DNA of 64,000 bases, taken from NCBI GenBank assembly GCA_963664015.2, contig CAXXLF010000001.1, forward strand, positions 1,184,001 through 1,248,000, read 5' to 3'. Within the stretch, counting starts at the first letter, position 1. Each line of letters opens with the position of its first letter. Both the position numbers and the translations under genes were made by a program. This document shows, piece by piece, positions 43,330-52,638 of the stretch. The notes beneath the pieces are model-generated. The model made no database searches. It was not told where the DNA came from and worked only from the letters and a program-made list of their open reading frames with translations. This DNA comes from Candidatus Binatia bacterium (GTDB lineage: Bacteria; Desulfobacterota; Binatia; UBA9968; CAXXLF01).

Positions 43330-44196
43330 CTACGTTTTGATCGACCGAAAGTGACCCGGAACTTTATCAAACTCAAATTTAAACCTCGTTGCGGCATTTG
43401 TGCTGTGTGGTTTAACGACCGTGAGGTAGCCTTCTTTGATTGCAGCGCGGATGAGGTTGCTAATCATGCTACGGTCGCAACCGAAAATCTCCGCCGCTTT
43501 ACGTTGCGGAAGATAAATCTCGTTTTCTTCACCCACCACAACCTGGAGCCACCCAGCGAGACTCAAGAACTCGACGTAGCGGGTAAACCTACGAGTGAGG
43601 TTGGACTTACGGGGAACTGGGAATTGTAATGCAAGGGCGTGTGCCTTATTGAGAGGACCCTCACCGGCCACGTAGCGTATCTCGTCCCACTCGTTTACGA
43701 TCTGAAACTGCTCGTCCTCGTCAAAGTCGGTAACCTGCCAGGGAATGATGTTCGCCGCCTGGCTGCCGGTAAGGTTGCGCAAGTCGGGGTGTCGCTTCAT
43801 AAGCCGTGTGAACTCCCATGTGTCCGACTTCCACCGCTCATCTGGAACATAGTCGGATAAGTTGGTAAGCAGGAAATGGTAAATCCTTTCGGTGTACTTA
43901 CCAAGAGGGAGATCCGTGGGGATACTATCTGTATCCTCTGGTACCCGACAGGGAACCTGATCCTTGTTATCCGATTCCTCTTTTCTGAGTCCTCTGACGA
44001 TACGGAGAGGTGTTGTCTTGGGGGACTCCTTACTAGCCTCTAATTCCTCTATATTCCTCTTGGTCTCCGGATCTCCGAATCCTCTAAGTCCTCTGGTAGG
44101 GTTTACCCCTTTAAGTACTTGACTTTGTGTAAGTAGGTCATTTTGACCAGCGACGTCGTTTCCCACTTGTTTTTTACTCTTTCCAGGTGTATTCAT
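43330..44196 (-). CDS. hypothetical protein with C-terminal winged HTH
   Basis: IYLPQRKAAEIFGCDRSMISNLIRAAIKEGYL; low-complexity N-terminus. Confidence 0.7.
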   Translation of the reverse strand: MNTPGKSKKQVGNDVAGQNDLLTQSQVLKGVNPTRGLRGFGDPETKRNIEELEASKESPKTTPLRIVRGLRKEESDNKDQVPCRVPEDTDSIPTDLPLGKYTERIYHFLLTNLSDYVPDERWKSDTWEFTRLMKRHPDLRNLTGSQAANIIPWQVTDFDEDEQFQIVNEWDEIRYVAGEGPLNKAHALALQFPVPRKSNLTRRFTRYVEFLSLAGWLQVVVGEENEIYLPQRKAAEIFGCDRSMISNLIRAAIKEGYLTVVKPHSTNAATRFKFEFDKVPGHFRSIKT

Positions 44197-44279
44197 ATTT
44201 ATTCCTTCTTTTTCTTGCCCCCAGTTGGACCTGACAGCGGCACGGAGAACATTGCCGCCGCCTGGCAGGGTTTCTTGTT

Positions 44280-44477
44280 TTAAGTCACTAAGTCGGGCTC
44301 AGGCCGGTTCTCCCTCTCCCGCAACCATGCCTCGATCACCGTCTCCCGGAAACGGATCGATCTCCGTCCTAGTCTAATTCTACCGGGAATCTCCCCGGAG
44401 GAAGCTTTCTTATAAACCGTCATTTGATCCCAACTGATCAAAGCCGCTAGCTCGCGGACCGAAAGTAATCGTTCCAT
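44280..44477 (-). CDS. AlpA family regulator
   Basis: MERLLSVRELAALISWDQMTVYK...IPGRIRLGRRSIRF; GGAGG RBS. Confidence 0.85.
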   Translation of the reverse strand: MERLLSVRELAALISWDQMTVYKKASSGEIPGRIRLGRRSIRFRETVIEAWLRERENRPEPDLVT

Positions 44478-44600
44478 TACAAAGCCTCCTTCCGTAGTGC
44501 CCAGATCTAAAAGGGCATAGCCCAATTTAGACAGATCACGCTAAGGCGCAATTCGTAAAATAAGAACTTTTATTTTAGGGGGGTGAGAGATTAAGGCCCG

Positions 44601-45470
44601 CTAAGAAACTATCAGGGCTCTGATAAAGCGTACTTCTTTGGGGTGGTGTTTTTGAAAGGATCTTGTATGAGCCTTTATCTGACCGTCTTTGTGAACTTGT
44701 GTCCCACCGCCTTTGATGGCTCCAGCGGCTACTAGAAGGTTCCAAAAGATCTCCCAGTGAGATCCTTTTGTTTTCTGTTTCAGGTGTTCATGGAGGGCAA
44801 AGATAACACGGTTGATTTTGTCCCTGGCTGACCCTCTTGTCTCTCCAATGGGGGAATCTCTTTCATCGATGTAGTTCTGCACAATCGCTTCCAAATGGCT
44901 TAGGGCCTTCTGAACAAGACCGCTACCGGGACTTGGCTCCCATGTGTGGTTACTAAACAGTTGCTTGGTTTTTTGAATTGCCTTTAAATCTTGGAAGTGG
45001 GCTGTAAGGTTAGTATCCTTGTGATCAAACTTTGGGACAATATTGTCATTGAGCCACAAGTACAAGGCAAATAGTGAAAAAATGAAATTTGGATCCGCAC
45101 CCTTCTCTGCAAGAGACCTAAGATAGTTCATGCCTTCGTTACTTTTAAAATGCTGAATCTTTCTTTGACACTCTTCATCATCATCCCATGCCTGGCAAAC
45201 TTTTACCCAAGCTTCTAACCACTTTGTTGTAAACGGCTTCTTTAAAGCGTCTCGCTCGCTATCATTTGGTAGTTCCCAATTAGGTCCCCTCATTGCATGA
45301 CGGAACTGATATGGAAGAGGCATTGGTTTTAGAGCTTCCGGTTTAATGGTCTTCGGAAACATTCCAAACCCCGGAATTGGGGACATCTTGACCAATTTAC
45401 TTCGTTTCACTGCCCTACCCTGCATGGACTCCTGCCTTGGCAAGGGGGGACCGAACCTGCAGGAGCGCAC
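44601..45470 (-). CDS. hypothetical protein (up to 289 aa), AT-rich
   Basis: Long ORF co-oriented with the element operon; no motif recognised; start uncertain. Confidence 0.6.
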   Translation of the reverse strand: MRSCRFGPPLPRQESMQGRAVKRSKLVKMSPIPGFGMFPKTIKPEALKPMPLPYQFRHAMRGPNWELPNDSERDALKKPFTTKWLEAWVKVCQAWDDDEECQRKIQHFKSNEGMNYLRSLAEKGADPNFIFSLFALYLWLNDNIVPKFDHKDTNLTAHFQDLKAIQKTKQLFSNHTWEPSPGSGLVQKALSHLEAIVQNYIDERDSPIGETRGSARDKINRVIFALHEHLKQKTKGSHWEIFWNLLVAAGAIKGGGTQVHKDGQIKAHTRSFQKHHPKEVRFIRALIVS

Positions 45471-45645
45471 GGCTTTTCGGGTCCGGCTCCCTAGACTTTC
45501 TTGTTATCGTAATTTTAAGGCCGGCGCATTGAAACGCAAGGCAAAAACACTATCGCCTGCGCTCGCAAGTGAATCATAATGCCGAACTAACAATGCGGAG
45601 AAGTTAGAGGTTGTGGTAAGCCATGTGCGCGTTACCTCACAGCAT

Positions 45646-45921
45646 CTATTTTTCACGCTTTCTCTGAGCAAGGAGTTCAGACGGCTCCACGCCCAACGCC
45701 CAGGCAATTCGGCAGATGTTGTCTATGGCAATGTTGCGCTCGTAGCGCTCGACTGACCCAAGGTAGGTACGGTGAATCCCCGCCTTGTCTGCTAGGCCCT
45801 CCTGTGACCATCCACGTTTGAGCCTGAGACGTCGGATATTTGCCGCAAGAATTAGCCGGCCATTGACTGGCTTCCCTTCCGGTGATCGTAACTCGCTGGA
45901 ACCTAGAGAGCTTCGCCTCAC
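45646..45921 (-). CDS. XRE HTH protein resembling R-M controller (C) proteins
   Basis: NIRRLRLKRGWSQEGLADKAGIHRTYLGSVERYERNI (HRTY recognition helix). Confidence 0.85.
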   Translation of the reverse strand: MRRSSLGSSELRSPEGKPVNGRLILAANIRRLRLKRGWSQEGLADKAGIHRTYLGSVERYERNIAIDNICRIAWALGVEPSELLAQRKREK

Positions 45922-45940
45922 GCCCCTAGAAAATCGGTTT

Positions 45941-45972
45941 GACTTCTATACATATACAGACAATGAGTAGCC
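45941..45972 (-). promoter_or_regulatory. C-box-like operator
   Basis: Minus strand GCTACTCATTGTCTGTATATGTATAGAAGTC, just upstream of the C-like gene. Confidence 0.5.
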
Positions 45973-46201
45973 TCTGTACAATAGACAGTTTCGGGTCTCG
46001 ATAGAGAGAAGGAGTGAGGACCTTGCCCTCAAGGTGGGGATTAGGACCTCATCCTATCAAGAAAACTGTACGTTGTGTATAGAGCATGTGACGAGGGTCA
46101 ACACGCACACTGACCTGACCATTGATGTCAAAGAACTAAACGTCTAGAGTCCATGGGTTTACGGGTGTAGTAGACAGCATTCGATGTGTTGCAGATAAAA
46201 A

Positions 46202-47131
46202 ATGGATGCCAGACAGGAACTGCCGATTCAGAATCAATCCCCGGCAACGGAGTGGGACAGGGATGTTTCCCGAAGGGCGCTCGATGAACTGTTTCGCCTT
46301 GCTGGAGAGTATAACGCCACAAAGGATTACTACGAGCTTCTTCAGTTCGTGGGTCGTTTTCGCTTCTACTCCCCCTATAACGCGATGTTGATTCATACAC
46401 AGATGCCGGGTGCTCAGTTTGTTGCGCCGCCAGACCGCTGGCTTCGCAAATATCGCCGACGGATCAAGCCTGGGGCACGTTCGCTGGTTATCCTCCGACC
46501 GATGGGTCCGGTGATGTTCGTCTACGACGTTTCGGACACCGAGCCGGAGAAGGACGCGCCACAACTGCCTCCTGAGATCGAACGACCCTTTGAAGTTCGG
46601 GGAGGGCACGTGGGTAGTGAATCGTGTATCTCTATGGAAAATGCCAAGCGAGACGGTATTGAAATCACTAGGAGGCAAGCTGGCTCACAGAGCGCTGGCG
46701 AAATCCGCAAGGCCGAAAACGTGAGGGACGTCACGTTCCAAACCAAAAAGAGACCAGAACCCGAGTACGTAAGCATCCGTGTCCGGTATGACCTCCTACT
46801 GAATTCCCAGCTGTCTGGCGAGGCACAATATGCGACACTAGTCCACGAGCTTGGGCATTTATATTGTGGCCATTTGGGCACGCCAAACCCAAAGTGGTGG
46901 CCGGATCGGCGGGGTTTATCGCGTGAGCTTTGCGAATTCGAGGCGGAGTCGGTCTGCTATCTCTTGTGCCGCCGACTTGGTATCGACAATCCCTCGGCCG
47001 AATACCTTTCTGGTTACGTTAAGAATCACCAAGAGACTCCTAGAATCAGCCTTGAATGTGTGATGAAGTCGGCGGGGCTGATTGAGCAAATGGGGCGCGA
47101 GCGCCTCAAGCCTCGGAAGGAGGAGAAGTAG
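46202..47131 (+). CDS. ArdC-like ssDNA-binding domain plus ImmA/IrrE-type metallopeptidase
   Basis: YSPYNAMLI, W...IKPG and VYDVSDT in the N-domain; HELGH and EFEAESV in the C-domain. Confidence 0.8.
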   Translation: MDARQELPIQNQSPATEWDRDVSRRALDELFRLAGEYNATKDYYELLQFVGRFRFYSPYNAMLIHTQMPGAQFVAPPDRWLRKYRRRIKPGARSLVILRPMGPVMFVYDVSDTEPEKDAPQLPPEIERPFEVRGGHVGSESCISMENAKRDGIEITRRQAGSQSAGEIRKAENVRDVTFQTKKRPEPEYVSIRVRYDLLLNSQLSGEAQYATLVHELGHLYCGHLGTPNPKWWPDRRGLSRELCEFEAESVCYLLCRRLGIDNPSAEYLSGYVKNHQETPRISLECVMKSAGLIEQMGRERLKPRKEEK

Positions 47132-47720
47132 GTAGCGAACAAAATAGCAATTCACAAATCCTGGGCGAGGAAGAATTCGCTTCAGCCTGGATATCCCTCG
47201 ACTTTGCATTTGTTGTTTGGATCAAGGCCGATTGAGCATTCCGGCACTGTCTGGACGGCACCGGCAAGAACAACAGTGATTGTTGACGCCACGGGCGGCT
47301 AATAATCAGAAGCCACGCCCAAGTAGTATCACTCCATGAATCGATTCTTGACTTCAATGGCTCAGCTACAGCAATGAAACTTGACTGGCTTCACATTTTG
47401 CTTCTGGTACTCGTCCGTGCGCTTAGCTAATTTCTTTGGTTCGATCAGTACCGGCATGAACACTTTTGGAACTAAAAGCTGGCAAGAATCCATCGCATTA
47501 CAGGACGTGTCGAACTGCTTACGCCTTCCCACGGTTGGCAGCAATTGCATCCAGCAAGGCAAGTTATGCAATCACTTAGCGCCAAGGAAGCGGGAGGACG
47601 ATATGAAATTGAAGAACCGCCATGAGTGGTGATTCGTTTTTTGAATTGAAGACGTGCTTACCAAGCGCAGTAAGTATGACCTCTGTATCTCCCTGGGTTG
47701 CCAATCCGTATCCCTCCGAA

Positions 47721-47815
47721 AGACACGGACAATTCACGGACAGGATGAAAAAACAGCTTGCAATGAAAGGACTTAGCTAGGTCCGTTTGACTGACCATCA
47801 AGTGGTCCTAAGATC
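47721..47815 (+). repeat. att-like site B (candidate attR)
   Basis: agacacggacaattcacggacag, then tttga-ctgacca-tcaag; 47784-47815 matches the tRNA anticodon-arm region at 22/32 positions by hand alignment. Confidence 0.65.
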
Positions 47816-48103
47816 AGACTGAGGCTGGTGGTGAGGAGCTTCCTCTAAAATCGGTAGCAAGGCGATCGCACCTCATCAGCATGTCAGCGGAACTCCGGTA
47901 ACACTAGTCTGGAATGCTTATCCGACGGGGCTTGGAACATTTGACAGAATAGTGAGTATTCATTCAAAGGAGTTTTAGATCCTGACTGTGCAGGTATTGT
48001 GCAACAGCCCGAATTAAATGTGACAACTAGACTGATATCTAGTTTAGCTTATTCTGGAGTGTTATGGTAATTTTTTCTATACCTTGCCCCGGTGGGAGTA
48101 GCT

Positions 48104-48270
48104 ATGATGAGCCAGGACGAATTATTCGCCATCTCCGACGTGGCTAGCCTCCTCAAGGTGGCGGAGAAGACTGTGTACGGTCCCGCCCGGAAGAGCGACA
48201 TCCCAAGTTTCAATGTCGGCGGCCGGTAGCGGTTCCGCGAACGGCATTCGATTCCTGGATGGAGCGGAAT
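48104..48270 (+). pseudogene. small excisionase-like HTH upstream of hsdR, disrupted
   Basis: MMSQDELFAISDVASLLKVAEKTVY...IPSFNVGGR*RF (TAG in place of the usual Trp). Confidence 0.65.
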
Positions 48271-51046
48271 GACCGAAGCAATGGCTGACAAGAACCAGAC
48301 TCCCGAACAGAAGGCCCGCGACACCATCAACCATATGCTGGGCCAGGCCGGATGGAAGGTGCAGTCGAAAAAAAAGATCGACTTCAGTGCCGGCTCCGGC
48401 ATCGCCGTTCGTGAGTACCAGACTGATGTCGGCCCCGCCGACTATGTTCTGTTTATCGGCAAAAACCCCGTCGGCGTTGTAGAGGCCAAGCCGGAGGATT
48501 GGGGCCAGAAGATCACGACGGTCGAGGAGCAATCCGCCGCCTATGCCGCTGCCAATCTCAAGTGGCTGAACAATAGAGAGCCCCTGCCGTTCGTTTATGA
48601 AAGCACCGGCGTGCTGACGCGCTTCACCGACACGCGCGATCCTAAGCCCCGCTCCCGGGAGGTGTTCAGCTTCCCTCGGCCGGAGACGGTGCAGGACTGG
48701 CATACCCAGTCGGCCTCGCTCCGTTTGCGGCTCCGGGAGCTTCCGAATCTGGACCCCACGGGCCTGAGAGCTTGCCAGACCAATGCCATCGAGAGGCTGG
48801 AGGCATCCTTCAAAGATAACCGCCCGCGCGCCCTCATTCAGATGGCCACCGGCTCGGGCAAGACCTACGCCGCCATCACCTCAATCTACCGGCTGCTGAA
48901 ACACGCTGACGCCAAGCGGATCCTCTTTCTGGTAGACACCAAGAATCTGGGCGAACAGGCCGAGCAGGAATTCATGGCCTACGTGCCCAACGACGACAAC
49001 CGCAAATTCACCGAGCTTTACAACGTCCAACGCCTCCAATCGTCCTTCGTCGCCAAGGACAGCCAAGTCTGCATCAGCACCATCCAGCGTATGTACTCGC
49101 TCCTGAAGGACCAGGAGATGTACGAAGCCGCCGAGGAGATCAATCCTGCGGAGCTGGTTCAGCCCCATCAACCCATGCCGGTTGTCTATAACGGCAAGAT
49201 TCCGCCTGAGTTCTTTGACTTCACCATCATCGACGAATGCCACCGCTCGATCTATAACCTCTGGCGCCAGGTCTTGGAATATTTCGACGCCTATCTCATC
49301 GGCTTGACAGCCACGCCGGACAGCCGCACCTACGGGTTCTTCAGGAAGAACGTCGTCAGCGAATACAGCCATGAGCAAGCCGTCGCCGACGGCGTCAATG
49401 TCGGCAACGAGATCTATGTCATCGACACGGAGAAGACCATGCATGGCGGCCAACTCAAAGCGGACCAGCAGGTCGAGAAGCGCGAGCGCCTGACGCGCCG
49501 AAGACGCTGGGAGATCCAGGATGAAGATGTCATCTATGCCGCCCAGCAACTCGACCGCGACATCGTCAACCCCGATCAGATCCGCACCATTGTCCGCACC
49601 TTCCGCAACAAGCTGCCGGAGATATTTCCCGGCCGCGACGAAGTACCGAAGACGCTCGTTTTTGCCAAGACCGACAGTCACGCCGACGACGTCATCCAGA
49701 CCGTGCGGGAGGAATTCGCCGAAGGCAATGAGTTCTGCAAGAAGGTCACCTACAAGGTCGAAGAAGACCCGAAATCCGTGCTTGCCCAGTTCCGAAACGA
49801 CTACTACCCGCGCATCGCCGTGACCGTGGACATGATCGCCACGGGCACCGACGTCAAGCCGCTCGAATGCCTGCTCTTCATGCGCGACGTGAGGAGCCGT
49901 AACTATTTCGAGCAGATGAAGGGCCGCGGGACCCGCACCCTCGACCATGACGATCTCATGAAAGTCTCGCCCTCCGCTGTCAGTGGGAAGACCCACTACG
50001 TAATCGTAGACGCCGTCGGCGTCACGCAATCGCTCAAGACCGCCAGCCAGCCTCTCATCACCAAGCCCTCCGTGCCGCTCAAGGACCTCGCCACGGGCGT
50101 GATGATGGGTGCTCGCGACGAGGACACGGTAAGTTCCCTTGCCGGCCGCCTGGCCCGTCTGAACCGGCAACTTGACGACAAGGACCGGGAGCGCATCAGG
50201 GAGAAGACCGGCGGCATGGAGCTAAACGACATCGTCGGTAACTTGCTCGCCGCCATCGATCCCGACCGCATTGAGAACAAGGCCCGGCAGATTGACAGCC
50301 TCCCCGAAGACGCGGAACCGCCGGAGCAAACACGCCAAAAGGCTCAGGAACAGTTGGTCGGTGACGCCGCCGGTGTGTTCAACGGTGAACTGATCGAGCT
50401 GATCGACTCGATTCGCCGCGACAAGGAACAGACCATCGACCACGAGGGCCTCGACACCGTGCTCCGCGCCGAATGGAAGGGCAACGCCCATGAGAACGCC
50501 AAGGCTACTGCGCAGGACTTCCGGCAATACCTGGAAGATAACCGCGACCGGATCGAAGCCCTGACCATCTTCTTTGCCCAACCGCACCGGCGCCGCGAGC
50601 TGACCTACGCCATGATCCGGGAGGTATTCGACAAGCTGAAATACGACAAACCCCGCCTGGCCCCCTTGCGGGTCTGGGGAGCATATGCCCTGCTCGATGA
50701 ATACAAGGGCCGGCAACCGGCGAGCGACTTGACGGCGCTCGTTGCGTCGATCCGGTGGGCCTGCGGCATTGATGCGAAAGTCTCGCCCTATTCGGAAACC
50801 GTGCGGCGCAACTTCCAGAACTGGATCATGACGCGCCACAGCGGCAGTGGAGAGAAATTCAATGAGGAGCAGATGGCATGGCTGCGAATGATTCGCGACC
50901 ACATCATCAGCTCCTTTCATCTGGAGCGCGACGACCTCGACATGGCTCCGTTCGATGGCAAGGGCGGCCTGGGGCAAATGTACAAGCTCTTCGGCGACCG
51001 GATGGATGGGGTGATTGATGAATTGAACGAGGTGTTGGCGGCGTGA
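48269..51046 (+). CDS. hsdR: type I restriction endonuclease subunit R (EcoAI/EcoEI-like)
   Basis: ADY...VEAK nuclease motif, MATGSGKT, DECHRS, LTATP and QMKGRGTR. Confidence 0.93.
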   Translation: MTEAMADKNQTPEQKARDTINHMLGQAGWKVQSKKKIDFSAGSGIAVREYQTDVGPADYVLFIGKNPVGVVEAKPEDWGQKITTVEEQSAAYAAANLKWLNNREPLPFVYESTGVLTRFTDTRDPKPRSREVFSFPRPETVQDWHTQSASLRLRLRELPNLDPTGLRACQTNAIERLEASFKDNRPRALIQMATGSGKTYAAITSIYRLLKHADAKRILFLVDTKNLGEQAEQEFMAYVPNDDNRKFTELYNVQRLQSSFVAKDSQVCISTIQRMYSLLKDQEMYEAAEEINPAELVQPHQPMPVVYNGKIPPEFFDFTIIDECHRSIYNLWRQVLEYFDAYLIGLTATPDSRTYGFFRKNVVSEYSHEQAVADGVNVGNEIYVIDTEKTMHGGQLKADQQVEKRERLTRRRRWEIQDEDVIYAAQQLDRDIVNPDQIRTIVRTFRNKLPEIFPGRDEVPKTLVFAKTDSHADDVIQTVREEFAEGNEFCKKVTYKVEEDPKSVLAQFRNDYYPRIAVTVDMIATGTDVKPLECLLFMRDVRSRNYFEQMKGRGTRTLDHDDLMKVSPSAVSGKTHYVIVDAVGVTQSLKTASQPLITKPSVPLKDLATGVMMGARDEDTVSSLAGRLARLNRQLDDKDRERIREKTGGMELNDIVGNLLAAIDPDRIENKARQIDSLPEDAEPPEQTRQKAQEQLVGDAAGVFNGELIELIDSIRRDKEQTIDHEGLDTVLRAEWKGNAHENAKATAQDFRQYLEDNRDRIEALTIFFAQPHRRRELTYAMIREVFDKLKYDKPRLAPLRVWGAYALLDEYKGRQPASDLTALVASIRWACGIDAKVSPYSETVRRNFQNWIMTRHSGSGEKFNEEQMAWLRMIRDHIISSFHLERDDLDMAPFDGKGGLGQMYKLFGDRMDGVIDELNEVLAA

Positions 51047-52638
51047 GTAACGAGATTAATATTCTTCCTGAAGGGTGGCAGAAGACCACTCTTGAGCATC
51101 TGATTACCAGGATTAGCAATGGAGTAAATGTAACCCAGCATGAAGAGAGGATAGGGCTGCCTATAACCAGAATAGAAACTATCTGGAACGGGACAATAGA
51201 TCTCAATAGGGTAAAGTATATTAAGGAAGTTAACGACGAATTAAGATTAAACTACGGGCTTATGAATGGCGATATATTGTTCAGTCATATAAATAGCGAC
51301 AGCCATTTAGGGAAGACTGCGATTTTTCAGTCACAAGTAAAGTGTCTGATTCATGGTATCAATCTTCTGCTAATAAGGCCATCAGCAGAAATTTCGAGTG
51401 AATATCTGAATTATCATTTTCAGTTGTTACGCCAAAATGGCGAATTTGTTGCTGTTGCACAGCGTGCCGTTAATCAGTCATCGATTAACCAGAGGCAGCT
51501 AAAGGCCTTCGAGTTTGTTCTTCCCCCCTTCAATGAACAGCGCCGCATCGTCGCCAAGATCGAGGAACTCTTCTCAGAACTGGACAAGGGCGTCGAGAGC
51601 CTGAAGACGGCACGCGCGCAGATCGATGTCTACCGCCAGGCTGTGCTCAAGCACGCCTTCGAAGGCAAGCTCACGGCCAGATGGCGCGAAGAGAACAAAG
51701 ACAAGCTTGAGAAGCCCGAACAGTTGCTCGCTCGTATCAAGCAGGAACGGGCGGCGCGCTACGATCGGCAACTTCAGGAGTGGAAGGCTGCTGTCAAAGA
51801 ATGGGAGGCGAAGGATCAGCTGGGCAAGAAGCCTCCAAAACCAGCCTCGTTGATGGCTTCGGTTCCAATCGCGCAGAGTGAGTTGATCGGACTCCCGAAC
51901 ATCCCACAGTTATGGCAATACGTCCGACTATCGGAAATCGCTGACATAGGTTCGGGAATGTCAGTTAGCAAGTCGCGCAAGCTTGGTGTCCCAATTGAGA
52001 TTCCATACTTAAGTGTAGCCAATGTTCAGCGCGGTGTACTCGACCTCTCGACAGTCAAGATCATGAAAATCGAGAGCTCCCAACTACCCAGGCTCGCGCT
52101 TAAGCGATGGGACGTTCTCTTCAACGAAGGGGGGGACCGTGACAAGCTGGGCAGAGGGTGGGTGTGGGAGTCGAAGATAGAACCTTGTATTACGCAAAAC
52201 CATGTGTTCCGCGCAAGCCCGTTTCTTGAGTCCCACCAACACTCCAAATGGATCTCGCACTGGGGCAACACCTTCGGCCAACTATACTTCGAGGCACAGG
52301 GAAAACAGACGACAAACCTCGCATCAATCAACAAGACAGTTCTCAGTAGATTTCCTGTCCCTCTCCCACCGATCGAGGAACAAGAGGAAATGATTCAAAG
52401 ACTCGAAAACCAAACGGCGATCATCGACCGCTTGGAACAGAATGTTGCGAGTTCCCTTGAAAAGCTGAACGCCTTACGCCAGTCGATTCTGAAGACAGCC
52501 TTTGCCGGCCAACTCGTCGCGCAGGACCCCAGCGATGAGCCCGCGTCGGTTCTTCTGGACAGGATCAGAGCCGAAAGAGAAAAGACTGTGAAGAACAAAA
52601 CCCCCAAGAAGAAAAATAAAGGGAAGGCCGCCGCATGA
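51043..52638 (+). CDS. hsdS: type I specificity subunit S
   Basis: Two TRDs with PPFNEQRRIV and PPIEEQEEM conserved regions; AFEGKL/AFAGQL; DEPASVLL. Confidence 0.92.
   Translation: MSNEINILPEGWQKTTLEHLITRISNGVNVTQHEERIGLPITRIETIWNGTIDLNRVKYIKEVNDELRLNYGLMNGDILFSHINSDSHLGKTAIFQSQVKCLIHGINLLLIRPSAEISSEYLNYHFQLLRQNGEFVAVAQRAVNQSSINQRQLKAFEFVLPPFNEQRRIVAKIEELFSELDKGVESLKTARAQIDVYRQAVLKHAFEGKLTARWREENKDKLEKPEQLLARIKQERAARYDRQLQEWKAAVKEWEAKDQLGKKPPKPASLMASVPIAQSELIGLPNIPQLWQYVRLSEIADIGSGMSVSKSRKLGVPIEIPYLSVANVQRGVLDLSTVKIMKIESSQLPRLALKRWDVLFNEGGDRDKLGRGWVWESKIEPCITQNHVFRASPFLESHQHSKWISHWGNTFGQLYFEAQGKQTTNLASINKTVLSRFPVPLPPIEEQEEMIQRLENQTAIIDRLEQNVASSLEKLNALRQSILKTAFAGQLVAQDPSDEPASVLLDRIRAEREKTVKNKTPKKKNKGKAAA

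Noticed and set aside
47135-47700. Short ORFs between the ArdC-like gene and site B
   Set aside because: Interrupted in all frames with no recognisable motif; possibly a decayed gene, but not assignable.
47995-48010. ttgtgcaacagccc resembling the IS end at 60933-46
   Set aside because: A 14-bp match with no transposase remnant nearby; could be chance.
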